DNA of 64,000 nt from Alphaproteobacteria bacterium (GTDB lineage Bacteria > Pseudomonadota > Alphaproteobacteria > UBA7887), in contig CBDCGL010000011.1 of NCBI GenBank assembly GCA_965216755.1, positions 2,144,001 to 2,208,000 on the forward strand, given 5' to 3'. This document shows, piece after piece, positions 53,459 through 64,000 of the stretch. Under the pieces are notes generated by a model, which worked only from the letters and a program-made list of their open reading frames with translations, searched no databases and had not been told where the DNA came from. The position numbers and the translations under genes are program-made. Numbering within the stretch: the first letter of the stretch is position 1; each line of letters opens with the position of its first letter.

Positions 53459-55321
53459 TTAACTCGCCGCGCGCTGCGCAATCTGGCGTGATTTATCTGT
53501 GAATTCCTCTATCGAGGAACGGATGTCAGCGGCGACCTCGGTCAAACCGGCCGCTGCGTCGGCGACCTTGTTCGCGGCGTCGTTGCTTTGTGTCACGCCA
53601 CTGTTGACATCAGCAATGCCCGAGATCGCTTGGTTGGTTCCCGTGACGGCGTGTTGCACGCTTTCCGCAATTTCTTCCGTCGCGCTATCTTGCACGTCGA
53701 TCGCCACGGAAACGTCAGCAGAGATAGCGTTCAATCGCTCGATCGTTTCGCCAATACCTTTGATGGTCCGGACGGTTTCGTGCGTCGCCGATTGAATATC
53801 ACCAATCTGGCCCGAGATTTCCTCCGTCGCTTTCGCTGTTTGATTGGCAAGCGACTTGACCTCGTTTGCAACCACCGCGAAACCGCGCCCGGCCTCGCCG
53901 GCACGCGCGGCCTCAATCGTGGCATTGAGCGCCAAAAGGTTGGTCTGACCCGCGATATCGTTGATCAGCCCAATCACCGTACCGATATTCTCGGCCATGC
54001 TCGCAAGCCGCTCAACATGTCGGTTGGATTCGCGCGCCGCGGCGGCGGCGGCATCCGCAATCTGCGAGCTTTCAGCCACGCGATCGTGAATCTGTTTGAT
54101 CGATTGCGACAAGCTCTGGGCTGAGGTTGATACGGCCTGTAGGTTGGCAGACGCCTCTTCGGAAGCCGCGGCGACCGTGGTCGAGGTCGTGCTGGCGGCT
54201 TGCGTGACCTGGGTCAGTTCCTGAGCAGTCGCCGACATTTCCGTCAGCGCATCGCCAAGTCCACCAAGCAGCATGTCTGTGCGCCGATCGAAGTCTTGCA
54301 TGACTGCTTGAGCATACTCGGCGCGGTCGTTGGCGGCTTGTTGATCGGCTTGCATCTGGTTGGCATGCACCCGTGCTTGCTGATCCCGTTCCTTTTGGCG
54401 CGCGTTTTCCGTTTCACGCTGGGTTTCCAGCATTTGCCGTTTTTCAGCTTCAAGCCGCTGTGTCTCTAAGGAATTGGTTTTGAAGACCTGCAGGGCCCGT
54501 GCAATCTCGCCAATTTCTCCGCCGGCGTCGACATACGGAATGGGCACGTTCGTTTCGCCGCGCGCAAGCTCGTTGGTTATCGCTGCAATCGAAACCATAG
54601 AGTTCGTTGCCCGCGCAATCACAAACACGGATAGAGTCGCCGCCGCCACACACAATAGGGTCGTGGCAAACATCCAAAACCGGGCGCGCCCATTGGCGGC
54701 GACAACATCACCGACAAGGCCGTTGAGAGCGGAAGCACGCTTTTGGCTTTCTGAGTGGACCGCCTCGGTCAGGGCGGCAACGCTGCCACTCAGGCTTTCG
54801 GCAACCTCGTCGAAGTCGGCCATCAGCCGATTACCGCGCGCCGGACCAATATCCACGTAGGCCCGAGCCATTCGCTGACCGGTTTCATAATAGGGGCCAA
54901 ATCGTGCTTTCACGGTGCCCAATTTGGCCTTCACCGTGGATAAGCCAAGCTTGTCCGCGAGAACCATCGCCTCATCGACCCGCTGTCGAAAAGCCTGTGC
55001 ATTTTCCTCGGCCATATCAAAACCGTCATTCAGGCCGTCCATGCCGCGGGTCGCGGAAATATCCGTCAACCACTGTTGCACTTGGACGATATGAAGCTCG
55101 ATATTGCCAATAGTTTCGACCAAGGGGCTGTCAACCTCGGTGAAATCGGTGGCCATCGTCTGAATAGTCGCAAGGCTCGGTTTTTGCGTCTGCAGATTGG
55201 TGAGACCAATTGCCACCGCAACGGCAGACAAGATCACGAGGGAAATCGTGCTACCGATTAACCTGACCCGCAAGCTCAAGGATCCAGCCACGGACGCCAG
55301 GTGCGAAAAGGCTTGCGACAT
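53459..55321 (-). CDS. Methyl-accepting chemotaxis protein
   Basis: Two TMs, periplasmic helical sensor ([15 protein letters not shown]), [34 protein letters not shown]. Confidence 0.95.
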   Translation of the reverse strand: MSQAFSHLASVAGSLSLRVRLIGSTISLVILSAVAVAIGLTNLQTQKPSLATIQTMATDFTEVDSPLVETIGNIELHIVQVQQWLTDISATRGMDGLNDGFDMAEENAQAFRQRVDEAMVLADKLGLSTVKAKLGTVKARFGPYYETGQRMARAYVDIGPARGNRLMADFDEVAESLSGSVAALTEAVHSESQKRASALNGLVGDVVAANGRARFWMFATTLLCVAAATLSVFVIARATNSMVSIAAITNELARGETNVPIPYVDAGGEIGEIARALQVFKTNSLETQRLEAEKRQMLETQRETENARQKERDQQARVHANQMQADQQAANDRAEYAQAVMQDFDRRTDMLLGGLGDALTEMSATAQELTQVTQAASTTSTTVAAASEEASANLQAVSTSAQSLSQSIKQIHDRVAESSQIADAAAAAARESNRHVERLASMAENIGTVIGLINDIAGQTNLLALNATIEAARAGEAGRGFAVVANEVKSLANQTAKATEEISGQIGDIQSATHETVRTIKGIGETIERLNAISADVSVAIDVQDSATEEIAESVQHAVTGTNQAISGIADVNSGVTQSNDAANKVADAAAGLTEVAADIRSSIEEFTDKSRQIAQRAAS

Positions 55322-55676
55322 GACAAATCGCTCCTCAATCGATTAGGGTTTTGATCGATCCGCCCCAATCGGAGTCCGAATCGGCACCTGTAGCGAGCCG
55401 TTTGCACATGCGAAGGCCCAAGACCGAGTCCAGGTTTCCGAAGTAAAATTAGTACCGTTCAGCGATTTGGCGACCGACTCAATGAATGAAACTCAGTCGC
55501 AATAACCATTGATTATTTGGTTACTCTCGGTATACGACCGTACTCCGCCGACGCGACGATCTGATACCTAAATGATCGAAACTTTTGATGTAGGTTTTTT
55601 GAGATAACCTTTAGAGTTACTCCTCAAGAGATCGCTCGCGTATTTGGCCAAGCTTGGCGTCGCGGCAGGGCCGGAC

Positions 55677-56531
55677 TCACACGCCAAACCGCCGCAAGAT
55701 CCGATCGACCGCAGGCAGATAAGCAGCGCCAAAAAGGCGCACATGAACCAACAGTGGATAGAGGTTGTATAGATCTCGGCGGGCCTCAAAGAAACCTGCC
55801 CGTATCGGTCGGATCTCATTATAAGCACGGAAAAACGGGTCACCGAACGTGTCAAACAACGCGGTGAAGGCCAGCTCAATTTCGGCGTCGGCGTAGTAGA
55901 TTGCGGGATCGATAAAACCGGTGATGTGGTCGCCAGCGGAAAGCACGTTACCACCCCACAAATCCCCGTGGATCAGCGATGGCGGCGCCGGTTCCGTCAA
56001 CCAATCGCTCAGGCGATCAGCGAGTCGATCCACCCGCCCGCGCATGGTGGCCTCCAACGCGCCAGCCCCATGGGCATCGGCGGCCATCGGCAACAAACGA
56101 CGGTCGCGGAAGAAAGCCAGCCAACTATCGCTAAGCGTATTGTTTTGTGACAAACCGCCAAGAACCGTGTCGCAGCCGAAACCGAACTGCGGTGCGGAGA
56201 TGCCGTGCAGAGCGGCGATCAAGGTCGCGGCATGTTCCTGCGCCGCGCGGCCAGGCGCGCCCGCCCGCCCCGGCAGTTGTGACATGATAAGCATTTCGGC
56301 ATCGTCAAAGAGCACCTCGGGCACCGGCAGCGTGCTCAATGCCTTGAGCCGGCGCAGCATCATCGCTTCGTTTTGTAGCGCGCCATGCCGTCCACCGGCC
56401 TTCGCGACAACCTCGCGCCCGTCAGACAGGCGCACGCGATAGACCGTCGCACCATGCCCACCGCCGATGCTTTCGGCGGTCTTGACGCCCGTGGCAAGGG
56501 CAGCTTCGACCCTTTTTCGAAGTGAAAGCAC
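55677..56531 (-). CDS. Fructosamine/ribulosamine kinase family protein
   Basis: FGF, W..FFRDRRL, LIHGDLWGGN, IDPAIYYADAEIELA, LVHVRLFG. Confidence 0.9.
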   Translation of the reverse strand: MLSLRKRVEAALATGVKTAESIGGGHGATVYRVRLSDGREVVAKAGGRHGALQNEAMMLRRLKALSTLPVPEVLFDDAEMLIMSQLPGRAGAPGRAAQEHAATLIAALHGISAPQFGFGCDTVLGGLSQNNTLSDSWLAFFRDRRLLPMAADAHGAGALEATMRGRVDRLADRLSDWLTEPAPPSLIHGDLWGGNVLSAGDHITGFIDPAIYYADAEIELAFTALFDTFGDPFFRAYNEIRPIRAGFFEARRDLYNLYPLLVHVRLFGAAYLPAVDRILRRFGV

Positions 56532-56533
56532 CG

Positions 56534-57037
56534 TCAGCCGATCGGCGCGCGACGCAGATCCTTTGCCAGCACGTCGACCAAGCCGAGGCTCGCCACCTCA
56601 ACCAAATCGAGCACCTCATCGAAATCGGTCGTATCACCGTAGTACGGATCCGGCACATCGCGCGCGCCCACGTGCTGCGCGTAGTCCAGAAACAGTCCCA
56701 CGCGACATAGCGCGCTATCGGGCCTCTTGCGTTCGAGCCATTGCAAATGCCCACGATCCATGGCCAGCATCAAGTCGAACTGGTCGAAATCGCGCCGCCG
56801 CACTTTGCGTGCGCGCATATGGCCCAGATCGACGCCGCGCGTGCGTGCGGCAGCTCGTGCGCGCGCGTCGGGCGGCTCGCCTTCATGCCAACCCGACGTG
56901 CCCGCAGAATCGGCCATGATCCGATCACCGAGTTGCGCCGCCCCGATATCGCGGCGAAACACGCCCTCGGCGGTCGGTGACCGGCAAATGTTGCCTGTAC
57001 ACACAAACAGCACGCGAAACACCGAGGTCCTGCTCAT
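56534..57037 (-). CDS. Low-molecular-weight protein tyrosine phosphatase
   Basis: FVCTGNICRSP P-loop, DSAGT, VPDPYYG. Confidence 0.93.
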   Translation of the reverse strand: MSRTSVFRVLFVCTGNICRSPTAEGVFRRDIGAAQLGDRIMADSAGTSGWHEGEPPDARARAAARTRGVDLGHMRARKVRRRDFDQFDLMLAMDRGHLQWLERKRPDSALCRVGLFLDYAQHVGARDVPDPYYGDTTDFDEVLDLVEVASLGLVDVLAKDLRRAPIG

Positions 57038-58473
57038 GCCGCCAGCACGCCCCTGCGCGCTGCAGGCGCGGTTTCACGCAGCAGATCCCATAGCGCTTTG
57101 ACGTGATCGATCGTCGTGCTGGTTTGACCGATCGAAACACGGATGATGTAGCTGTCGTGCACACGATGATGGGTTAGATAGGCTTGACCTGATCCGTTCA
57201 CCGCTTCCACCAAGGCCGCGTTGATCCGATCCAGTGCGACACCGTCGTCGATGCCAGGGGGGTGGTAGCGCATGGAAATCAAGGCTAAGGGCGCAGGCGC
57301 CATCAATTCGAACGCCGGGTCGGCGGCGATTTCATCGCGCAGCCAATGCGCGGCCGCGATATGGTCGCGCAACATGCGCCGCAATCCATCGACGCCATAG
57401 CTGCGGATCACAAACCATAACTTCAGAGCGCGGAACCGGCGCCCCAGCGGCACGCTCCAATCCCGATAGTTGCGCACGGGTCCGCCGGTCTCGGTTTTCA
57501 GATATTCGGGCAGAATCGACAAGGTGCGCAGCAGCGCGTCGACGTCACGCACATACAGCGCCGAACAATCGAAATTGGTGAACAACCATTTGTGCGGGTT
57601 GAAAACGAAACTGTCCGCATCTCCGATGCCGTCGGCCATCCAACGAAATTCCGGTAGGATGAAGGCCGATCCCGCCCACGCGGCATCGACATGCAACCAC
57701 AGGCCATGAGCCCGACAAATCTCGGCGATCGCGGGCACCGGATCGACTGCACCGGTGCCGGTCGTGCCGATCGCAGCGACCACACAGATGGGTTTGCGAC
57801 CAGCGGCGATGTCTTCCGCAATCGCTGCGTGCAGTGCGTCCGGACGCATCGCGAACGTCGCGTCATCAACAGGGATTTGGCGATATCCGCGGCGTCCAAG
57901 TCCCGCGATCTTGATCGCCTTTTCAATCGAGGAATGACATTCAGCGCTGCCATACACGACCATCGGCGGCTGCGTCGCCAGCCCGTCTTCATTGGCTTTG
58001 TCGTTCGTCGCCCGCTCACGCGCGGCCAAAATGGCGCACAAAGTGCCGGTCGACGCCGAGTCCTGTATTGCACCCTCAAACCCGTCTGGCAGTCCGATCA
58101 TCTTGCGCAGCCAAACCATCATCATCTGCTCGAGCTCGGTGGCCGCCGGCGAGGTCTGCCAACTCATGCACTGTGCACCCAGCGTCGCCGTCAACATTTC
58201 CGCCAACACCGACGGAGGGCTGCTATTGGCCGGAAAATAGGCGAAGAAGGACGGATGCTGCCAATGAGTCATGGCCGGCACGATCAATGATTCGAAATCG
58301 GCAAAACTAGTTGCAATCGGTATCGGGCCGGCGGGCGGCTCTGAGGGCAACTGCGCAAAAACATCCCCAGGCGGTGTCGGCGGCCGGACCGGCCGCGTCG
58401 CGACGGTGTCCATGTAATCCGCCATCCACTCGACAAACGCGTGGGCGGTCTCTCGGAATTCTTTTGAGTCCAA
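57034..58473 (-). CDS. PLP-dependent group II (aromatic L-amino acid-type) decarboxylase
   Basis: THWQHPSFFAYFP, SPAATELE, HVDAAWAG, FNPHKW, LGRRFRALKLWFVIRSYG. Confidence 0.9.
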   Translation of the reverse strand: MDSKEFRETAHAFVEWMADYMDTVATRPVRPPTPPGDVFAQLPSEPPAGPIPIATSFADFESLIVPAMTHWQHPSFFAYFPANSSPPSVLAEMLTATLGAQCMSWQTSPAATELEQMMMVWLRKMIGLPDGFEGAIQDSASTGTLCAILAARERATNDKANEDGLATQPPMVVYGSAECHSSIEKAIKIAGLGRRGYRQIPVDDATFAMRPDALHAAIAEDIAAGRKPICVVAAIGTTGTGAVDPVPAIAEICRAHGLWLHVDAAWAGSAFILPEFRWMADGIGDADSFVFNPHKWLFTNFDCSALYVRDVDALLRTLSILPEYLKTETGGPVRNYRDWSVPLGRRFRALKLWFVIRSYGVDGLRRMLRDHIAAAHWLRDEIAADPAFELMAPAPLALISMRYHPPGIDDGVALDRINAALVEAVNGSGQAYLTHHRVHDSYIIRVSIGQTSTTIDHVKALWDLLRETAPAARRGVLAA

Positions 58474-58603
58474 GGGCTTAGACGTTCATTGCGGTTTTTT
58501 TTGGCGTCTCATGCCGGCGCGCATACTATCGGTGCCGTAAAACCCTCGCAACCGCCGCCACACCAGCGACCAAGAATGTCACGCACGGTTCCGATACCAA
58601 GTC

Positions 58604-59248
58604 ATGACCCACAGCAAACGCCGTAAACCTTCGCGACCACCATTTTGGTCGAGAGCACGGCGTCATCTGCAAGACAATGATTCGATCTTGGCGCCGATCG
58701 TTGGCCGTCTCAAACGTGAAGCCCTGGTGCCCCGCCACGATGCCTTTTATTCGTTGGCGCGATCAATTGTTGGGCAACAAATTTCGGTCAAAGCTGCCCA
58801 GTCGGTTTGGACACGCTTTGAAGCGACGGTTGTAGAGGTCGCGCCCGATTCCGTTGCCGTCGTGTCGCATGAACAGCTGTGTGCGTGCGGCCTGTCGCGG
58901 CAAAAGGCGCGCTACCTGGCAAGTTTGGCCGAATATTTCGGGAATGGCAGTCTATGTCCGGAGGATTGGCCGAACCTAGATGACGAAGCGATCATTGCCA
59001 GCCTGACTCAGATCAAGGGCATCGGTCGGTGGACCGCCGAGATGTTTTTGATCTTCCACCTCATGCGCCCGGATGTCCTACCCCTTGCCGATATCGGCGT
59101 GCAACGGGCCATGCGCGACCTGTACAATGATGGTGCGCCCCTGACTGCGGAAGAAATGGCAGAGATCGCAGCGCCTTGGCGACCATGGCGCTCGGTCGCT
59201 GTGTGGTATTTGTGGCGCATGCTCGATGCCGAGCCGGTCAACTACTGA
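58604..59248 (+). CDS. DNA-3-methyladenine glycosylase II (AlkA/HhH-GPD family)
   Basis: IVGQQISVKAA, IKGIGRWTAEMFLIF, RPDVLPLAD, WRPWRS. Confidence 0.9.
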   Translation: MTHSKRRKPSRPPFWSRARRHLQDNDSILAPIVGRLKREALVPRHDAFYSLARSIVGQQISVKAAQSVWTRFEATVVEVAPDSVAVVSHEQLCACGLSRQKARYLASLAEYFGNGSLCPEDWPNLDDEAIIASLTQIKGIGRWTAEMFLIFHLMRPDVLPLADIGVQRAMRDLYNDGAPLTAEEMAEIAAPWRPWRSVAVWYLWRMLDAEPVNY

Positions 59249-59377
59249 GAGACGCAGACCGTACAGTGACGCTTTGGAACCCACTTGAATGAGGCGGCAC
59301 CGGTCGGCCGGAATCGTCATGCGCGAAAATCCGAATGCGCCGGATGCGAGGAGGACAGTTTGCGAGGACTGCAAAAA

Positions 59378-60487
59378 ATGCGGTTGAAACGATGGCCGGC
59401 AATGATTGTGCTGCTGGCCGCCGCCGCCATCTCGACGGATCGCACGATCGCCCAAGAAAGTGATCCCTTGCCGAGTGTGGTCGTCACGACAGTTGCGCCG
59501 CGCGATGTAACACCGCAGTTCAGCTATGTCGGCCGCATCGAGGCAATGGACCGCGTCGATATGCGTGCCCGCGTTGAAGGCATTCTTGAGGCGCGCAATT
59601 TCCGCGAGGGTAGTGAAGTCGAGGCGGGCCAACTGCTGTTTGCGCTCGAAAAAGACCGATACGAGGTCATTGTTCAGCAACGTCAAGCGGATCTGGCTGG
59701 CGCCAAGGCCACGCTGGTCAACGCCGAGGCCGATTTGGCACGTAAGCAAGAACTGGTCGAACGGGGCACCGTGTCAACGGCTTCGCTGGACGAGTCGCGG
59801 GCGTTGGCCGGCGCCGCGCACGCCCAAGTGTTAAATGCGGAAGCCGCGCTGCGGGCGGCCGAACTCGACCTCAGTTACACAGACATTTACAGCCCGATCG
59901 ACGGCAAAATTGGTCGCGCCCGCTACAGTCTGGGCAATTTGGTCGGCACCGGCAGCGAACCACTCGCCACGATTACCAGCGTCGACCCAGTTTTCGTCAC
60001 TTTCGGTGTCAGTGAAAAACAGCTGATCGAAGCCCGGCGGCGCGGCATCGATATCGAGAACCCGCCGGTGGCGCCGTCATTGGTCCTGTCTGACGGCAGC
60101 GACTACGAGTACCCCGGCGCCTTCGATTTCTTGAGCCCGGACGTTAGCCAAAGCACCGACACGATTACCGTGCGTGCGGTATTCCCAAATCCAGATCGGG
60201 TCTTGTGGCCGGGGCAGTTCGTAACGGTCATCGTCAAGCAAAAGGTGCCCGAGTCCGCCTTGGTGATACCGCAAGCCGCCATGCAGGAAGATCAGCAAGG
60301 CTACTTCGTTCTGGTGGTCAACCGCACCGACGAGGTGGAAGTGCGCCGCGTCGTGGCCGGGCAAAAAATCGACTCCGATTGGGTGATTGGCGAAAACCTT
60401 AGCGTCGGCGAACGCGTGATTGTTCAAGGCCTACAAAAAGTGCAGCCGGATATGATTGTCAACCCGGTCACAATGGACAGCGAGTAA
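59378..60487 (+). CDS. RND efflux periplasmic adaptor (MFP)
   Basis: RARVEG, EGSEVEAGQLLF, LSYTDIYSPIDG, PGQFV; probable start MRLKRW. Confidence 0.9.
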   Translation: MRLKRWPAMIVLLAAAAISTDRTIAQESDPLPSVVVTTVAPRDVTPQFSYVGRIEAMDRVDMRARVEGILEARNFREGSEVEAGQLLFALEKDRYEVIVQQRQADLAGAKATLVNAEADLARKQELVERGTVSTASLDESRALAGAAHAQVLNAEAALRAAELDLSYTDIYSPIDGKIGRARYSLGNLVGTGSEPLATITSVDPVFVTFGVSEKQLIEARRRGIDIENPPVAPSLVLSDGSDYEYPGAFDFLSPDVSQSTDTITVRAVFPNPDRVLWPGQFVTVIVKQKVPESALVIPQAAMQEDQQGYFVLVVNRTDEVEVRRVVAGQKIDSDWVIGENLSVGERVIVQGLQKVQPDMIVNPVTMDSE

Positions 60488-60492
60488 GCGGC

Positions 60493-63400
60493 ATGTTGTC
60501 CGGTTTTTTCATCGATCGCCCAAAATTCGCGTTCGTCATCGCGATTGTCATCGCACTGGCCGGCGCCATTTCCCTGCAGGCGATTCCGATTACGGAATAT
60601 CCCGAAATCACGCCGCCAGTGGTGAATGTGTCGACGAAATACAGCGGCGCCAATGCTTCAGTCGTCGAACAATCCGTGGCGGCGCCGATCGAAGCGCAAG
60701 TCAACGGTGTCGATGACATGATCTACATGTCGTCCCGCAGCAGCAATGACGGCGGCTATTCGCTCGACGTGACGTTCGCGGTGGGTACGGACCCCGATAT
60801 CGCGGCGGTCAATGTGCAAAACCGGGTCGCCATCGCAACCGCGCAATTGTCTTCCGAGGTCACCCGCAACGGAGTCATCACGCGCAAGCAGTCGACCAGC
60901 ATGCTGCTGGTGGTGTCGTTACTGGCCACGGAGGGCAACCACGACGCGTTATTCTTGTCCAACTATGCATCGATCAATTTGCAGGACGCGTTGGCGCGCA
61001 TCAACGGCGTCGGCAGCGTATCACAATTCGGTGCGCTCGATTACGGCATGCGTGTCTGGCTGGAACCCAACCGGCTCACCGCACTGGGATTGACCACAGC
61101 CGACGTGGAAAACGCGGTGCGTTCGCAGAATATTCAGGCCACCGCAGGGCAACTCGGCGCGCCGCCGTTCGAGGGCGCACCGCAGTTTCAATACACTCTG
61201 CAGGCCAAAGGACGGCTGACCTCGGTCGAAGAGTTCGAGAACATCGTCGTGCGCGCCAACGCCGACGGCACCTTCGTCCGCTTGCGAGATGTGGCCCGGA
61301 TCGAGCTTGGCTCCCAGTCCTATGCCGCGATCTCCAAGGTCAACAACCAGCCGGCCGCGAATATCGCGGTCTATCAATCACCGGGCGCCAGCGCACTCGA
61401 CGTGGCGGACGCGATTTACACGGAACTGGATCGCTTGGCGCAAAGCTTCCCGCCCGGGATCGAATACAAGATTCTCTACGACACGACCAAGGCGGTCCGC
61501 GCGTCGGTCCAAGAAGTAATACAGACCCTGATGATCACCTTCTTGTTGGTGGTCGGCGTGACATTTCTATTTTTGGCTGATTGGCGTTCGACGATCGTAC
61601 CAACCTTGGCAATCCCGGTGTCGTTGATCGGCACATTTGCCGTGCTGTTCGTCGTCGGGTTCTCCGCCAACATGATTACGTTGTTCGCGATCATCCTGGC
61701 GATCGGCATTGTCGTCGATGATTCGATCGTGGTGGTCGAGAACGTGCAACGGAATATGGCCGACCACGGCCTCAACGCGCGCGACGCGACGCGGCGTGCG
61801 ATGGGTGAAGTGACCGGCCCGGTAATTGCGACAACCCTGGTCTTGTTGGCGGTCTTTGTGCCGGTCTCCTTTATGCCCGGTATCACGGGCGAACTCTACC
61901 GCCAGTTCGCCGTGACCATCTGCGTCGCGGTATCGATTTCTTCGATCAATGCCCTGACGCTGGCACCAGCCTTGTGCGCCCTGTTGCTCAGGCCGGGTGC
62001 CGGTTCGCCGCGCGGCCCGTTGGGCTTGTTTGCCCGCCTGGTGAACAAGAGCCGCGACGGATATGTATGGCTGGTCAAACGGTTGATCCGCGTTGCCTTG
62101 CTGACCATGGTGGCGTTCGCGGCGATCGCGTTTGGCGCCTATTCCCTGTTTCAATCGGTCCCGTCGGGCTTTCTGCCGATGGAAGACAAAGGCGCTTTGT
62201 TCGGCAATATCCAGCTGCCCGACGGCGCTTCGCTGACGCGGACTGAAGCCGTTATGGACGAGGTCGTTGAGACCGTGCGCGCTGTTGACGGGGTATCCGA
62301 TGTCATTTCCGTTGGCGGCTTTTCCATCCTGTCGGGTCAAGCCTCGAATAGCGCGCTATTTATCCCGGTGTTGACCGACTGGTCGGAACGGACCGAATTG
62401 GCGCAGCGCTGGTTCATGATCTTGCGCGAAATCAATCGCCGCGTCGCTGCAATCGCAGCGGCCGAAGCCTTTTCATTCCCGATGCCGCCGATCATCGGCC
62501 TTGGCACGGGCGGCGGCATTGAGTTGCGCGTCCAAGACTATCGCGGCGGCACGCCTCAGGAACTGGCCGCGGCCGTCCGCAGCTTGGTCTTTGCGGCCAA
62601 TCAGCGACCCGAATTGACATCGGTTTTCAGCACCTATTCCGCCAATGTCCCGCAGCTGCGCCTAGACATCGATCGCGACAAGGCCCAGGTGCTCGGCATT
62701 TCGATCGGCGATATTTTCGCCGCCTTACAAGCGAACCTTGGCTCGTCCTACATCAACGATTTCAACCTGTTCGGCAAAGTCTACCGGGTGATTGTCCAAG
62801 CCCAAGCCGAAGACCGCGACGCCGTCGGAGACATCTACGCGCTGCATGTGCGCAACGCTTTGGGTGAAATGGTACCGTTACGCACATTGGTCGACGTGGT
62901 GCCAACACTCGGCCCGCTATCGATCAACCGCTACAACCAGTTTCCGTCCGCTGCAATAAATGGCGCACCGGCCGATGGGTTCAGTACGGGCGATGCCATC
63001 GCCGCCATGAATCAGGTCGCGGCCACCGCCCTCCCCGATGGCTATGGCATCCAATGGACCGGCACATCACAGCAAGAGTTGGAAGCCGGCGGCATAGTGG
63101 TGGTGATTTTCACTTTGGCCTTGGTATTTGCTTACCTGTTTTTGGTCGCACAATATGAAAGCTGGTCAATTCCACTATCGGTAATTTTGTCGGTCGTCGT
63201 TGCCTTGCTTGGTGCGCTGATTCCTCTCGCCTTGTTGCCGTTTTTGGACAACAACCTCTACGCGCAAATCGGCATGGTCATGCTGATCGGTTTGGCAAGC
63301 AAGAATGCCATCCTGATCGTCGAATTTGCCAAGGTGCGCCGCGAAAACGGGCTGGACGCGGGCGCCGCGGCCGCCGATGCGGCGCGTCTACGCTTTCGTG

Positions 63401-63636
63401 CGGTTCTGATGACCGCCATGTCGTTCATTTTTGGCGTCTTGCCTTTGATATTTGCCACCGGTGCCGGTGCGGCGAGCCGCGTGTCCGTGGGCTTTGTTGT
63501 TTTCGGCGGCATGGTCGCGGCAACGGTTGTCGGTATCCTGTTCATCCCAATTCTTTATTTTGTCGTTCAGTCGGTTCGTGAACGATTGAGCCCGAGGCAG
63601 CGCAGAGATTTGGCACGCCATGGCGCGGCTCCGTAG
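60493..63636 (+). CDS. RND efflux permease (HAE1/AcrB family)
   Basis: FFIDRPKFA, IGIVVDDSIVVVEN, ALTLAPALCA, KNAILIVEFA, RFRAVLMT. Confidence 0.95.
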   Translation: MLSGFFIDRPKFAFVIAIVIALAGAISLQAIPITEYPEITPPVVNVSTKYSGANASVVEQSVAAPIEAQVNGVDDMIYMSSRSSNDGGYSLDVTFAVGTDPDIAAVNVQNRVAIATAQLSSEVTRNGVITRKQSTSMLLVVSLLATEGNHDALFLSNYASINLQDALARINGVGSVSQFGALDYGMRVWLEPNRLTALGLTTADVENAVRSQNIQATAGQLGAPPFEGAPQFQYTLQAKGRLTSVEEFENIVVRANADGTFVRLRDVARIELGSQSYAAISKVNNQPAANIAVYQSPGASALDVADAIYTELDRLAQSFPPGIEYKILYDTTKAVRASVQEVIQTLMITFLLVVGVTFLFLADWRSTIVPTLAIPVSLIGTFAVLFVVGFSANMITLFAIILAIGIVVDDSIVVVENVQRNMADHGLNARDATRRAMGEVTGPVIATTLVLLAVFVPVSFMPGITGELYRQFAVTICVAVSISSINALTLAPALCALLLRPGAGSPRGPLGLFARLVNKSRDGYVWLVKRLIRVALLTMVAFAAIAFGAYSLFQSVPSGFLPMEDKGALFGNIQLPDGASLTRTEAVMDEVVETVRAVDGVSDVISVGGFSILSGQASNSALFIPVLTDWSERTELAQRWFMILREINRRVAAIAAAEAFSFPMPPIIGLGTGGGIELRVQDYRGGTPQELAAAVRSLVFAANQRPELTSVFSTYSANVPQLRLDIDRDKAQVLGISIGDIFAALQANLGSSYINDFNLFGKVYRVIVQAQAEDRDAVGDIYALHVRNALGEMVPLRTLVDVVPTLGPLSINRYNQFPSAAINGAPADGFSTGDAIAAMNQVAATALPDGYGIQWTGTSQQELEAGGIVVVIFTLALVFAYLFLVAQYESWSIPLSVILSVVVALLGALIPLALLPFLDNNLYAQIGMVMLIGLASKNAILIVEFAKVRRENGLDAGAAAADAARLRFRAVLMTAMSFIFGVLPLIFATGAGAASRVSVGFVVFGGMVAATVVGILFIPILYFVVQSVRERLSPRQRRDLARHGAAP

Positions 63637-63835
63637 GTCAAGCGTGCGAGTTGCCGGGAAACCGGGAAATTGCGATACTTTTGGTTCGAACGAACGTATG
63701 AATTTGTTTTGTCGGACCGCGCAGGGTCTCGTTTGGCGACGCCGGCAGCGCTAACGCACGGATGTCGAGAGGTCGCCAGGCACAGATTAAGGCATGGCAC
63801 CCGAGCGAAACTTCGATCGAATTAGAATTATTATT

Positions 63836-64000
63836 ATGTGGCAGGGCTTTATGCAGAATTCTGGGCGTTTGGCTGCGGTCCGGACCGCACTTCCAGTAAT
63901 GGTAGCAATGGCGTTATGCGTCGTCGGGACGCCGGCCGCGGCCCAAAACGCAGCCATCGTCGGGGTCGACAAAGTGGTTGTCGAGCCGCTGGCACAAACG
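63836..64000 (+). CDS. 5' fragment of an exported protein, probably a second RND adaptor
   Basis: Open to window end: ..LPVMVAMALCVVGTPAAAQNAAIVGVDKVVVEPLAQT; signal peptide. Confidence 0.5.
   Translation, partial: MWQGFMQNSGRLAAVRTALPVMVAMALCVVGTPAAAQNAAIVGVDKVVVEPLAQT

Noticed and set aside
55322-55620. Possible c-di-GMP riboswitch upstream of the MCP
   Set aside because: Reverse complement lacks the GEMM features (GGCAAA/GNRA tetraloop-receptor); an Infernal/Rfam scan would settle it
58495-58502. T8 run between the decarboxylase and alkA as a phase-variable promoter
   Set aside because: Short intergenic T tract with no identifiable promoter boxes around it
58604-63636. AlkA next to an RND pump as a genotoxin-resistance unit
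   Set aside because: Both are common housekeeping families; adjacency alone gives no support

Overview
GC-rich alphaproteobacterial chromosome segment; the Rhodospirillales-like assignment is inferred from gene content and order. 1-20.9 kb is a Caulobacter/Magnetospirillum-type flagellar cluster. It holds a motor operon (fliL, fliM, DUF6468-like, motE, cheY, cheZ, two motB paralogs, large periplasmic protein), then flgFGAH, dksA, fliX, flgIJ, flgN-like, flaG-like, flgKL and two short flagellins flanking flbT-flaF. Sigma54, FlbD(ftr), CtrA and IHF sites are readable. 20.9-38.5 kb is a large flagellin-modification island: five FlmG-like TPR-glycosyltransferases, two OGT/SPINDLY-like (GT41) TPR proteins each followed by a methyltransferase, two further methyltransferases and a 2OG-Fe(II) oxygenase, with no sugar-biosynthesis genes. 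38.7-64 kb is mixed. It includes GST, a hydrolase, crotonase, MMPL+TetR, and a complete RsbU/RsbW/RsbV partner switch directly upstream of an Mla/MCE ABC transporter with no sigma factor. It also has a 273-bp MITE-like element, a TetR divergent from a cytochrome P460, an MCP, a decarboxylase/LMW-PTP/fructosamine kinase operon, AlkA and an RND pump. Best candidates for undescribed biology: the partner-switch/Mla module, the multi-transferase flagellin decoration island, and the Asp-less MotB paralog. No rRNA, tRNA, CRISPR or transposase was seen. All family calls are from motif recognition by eye, not database searches.
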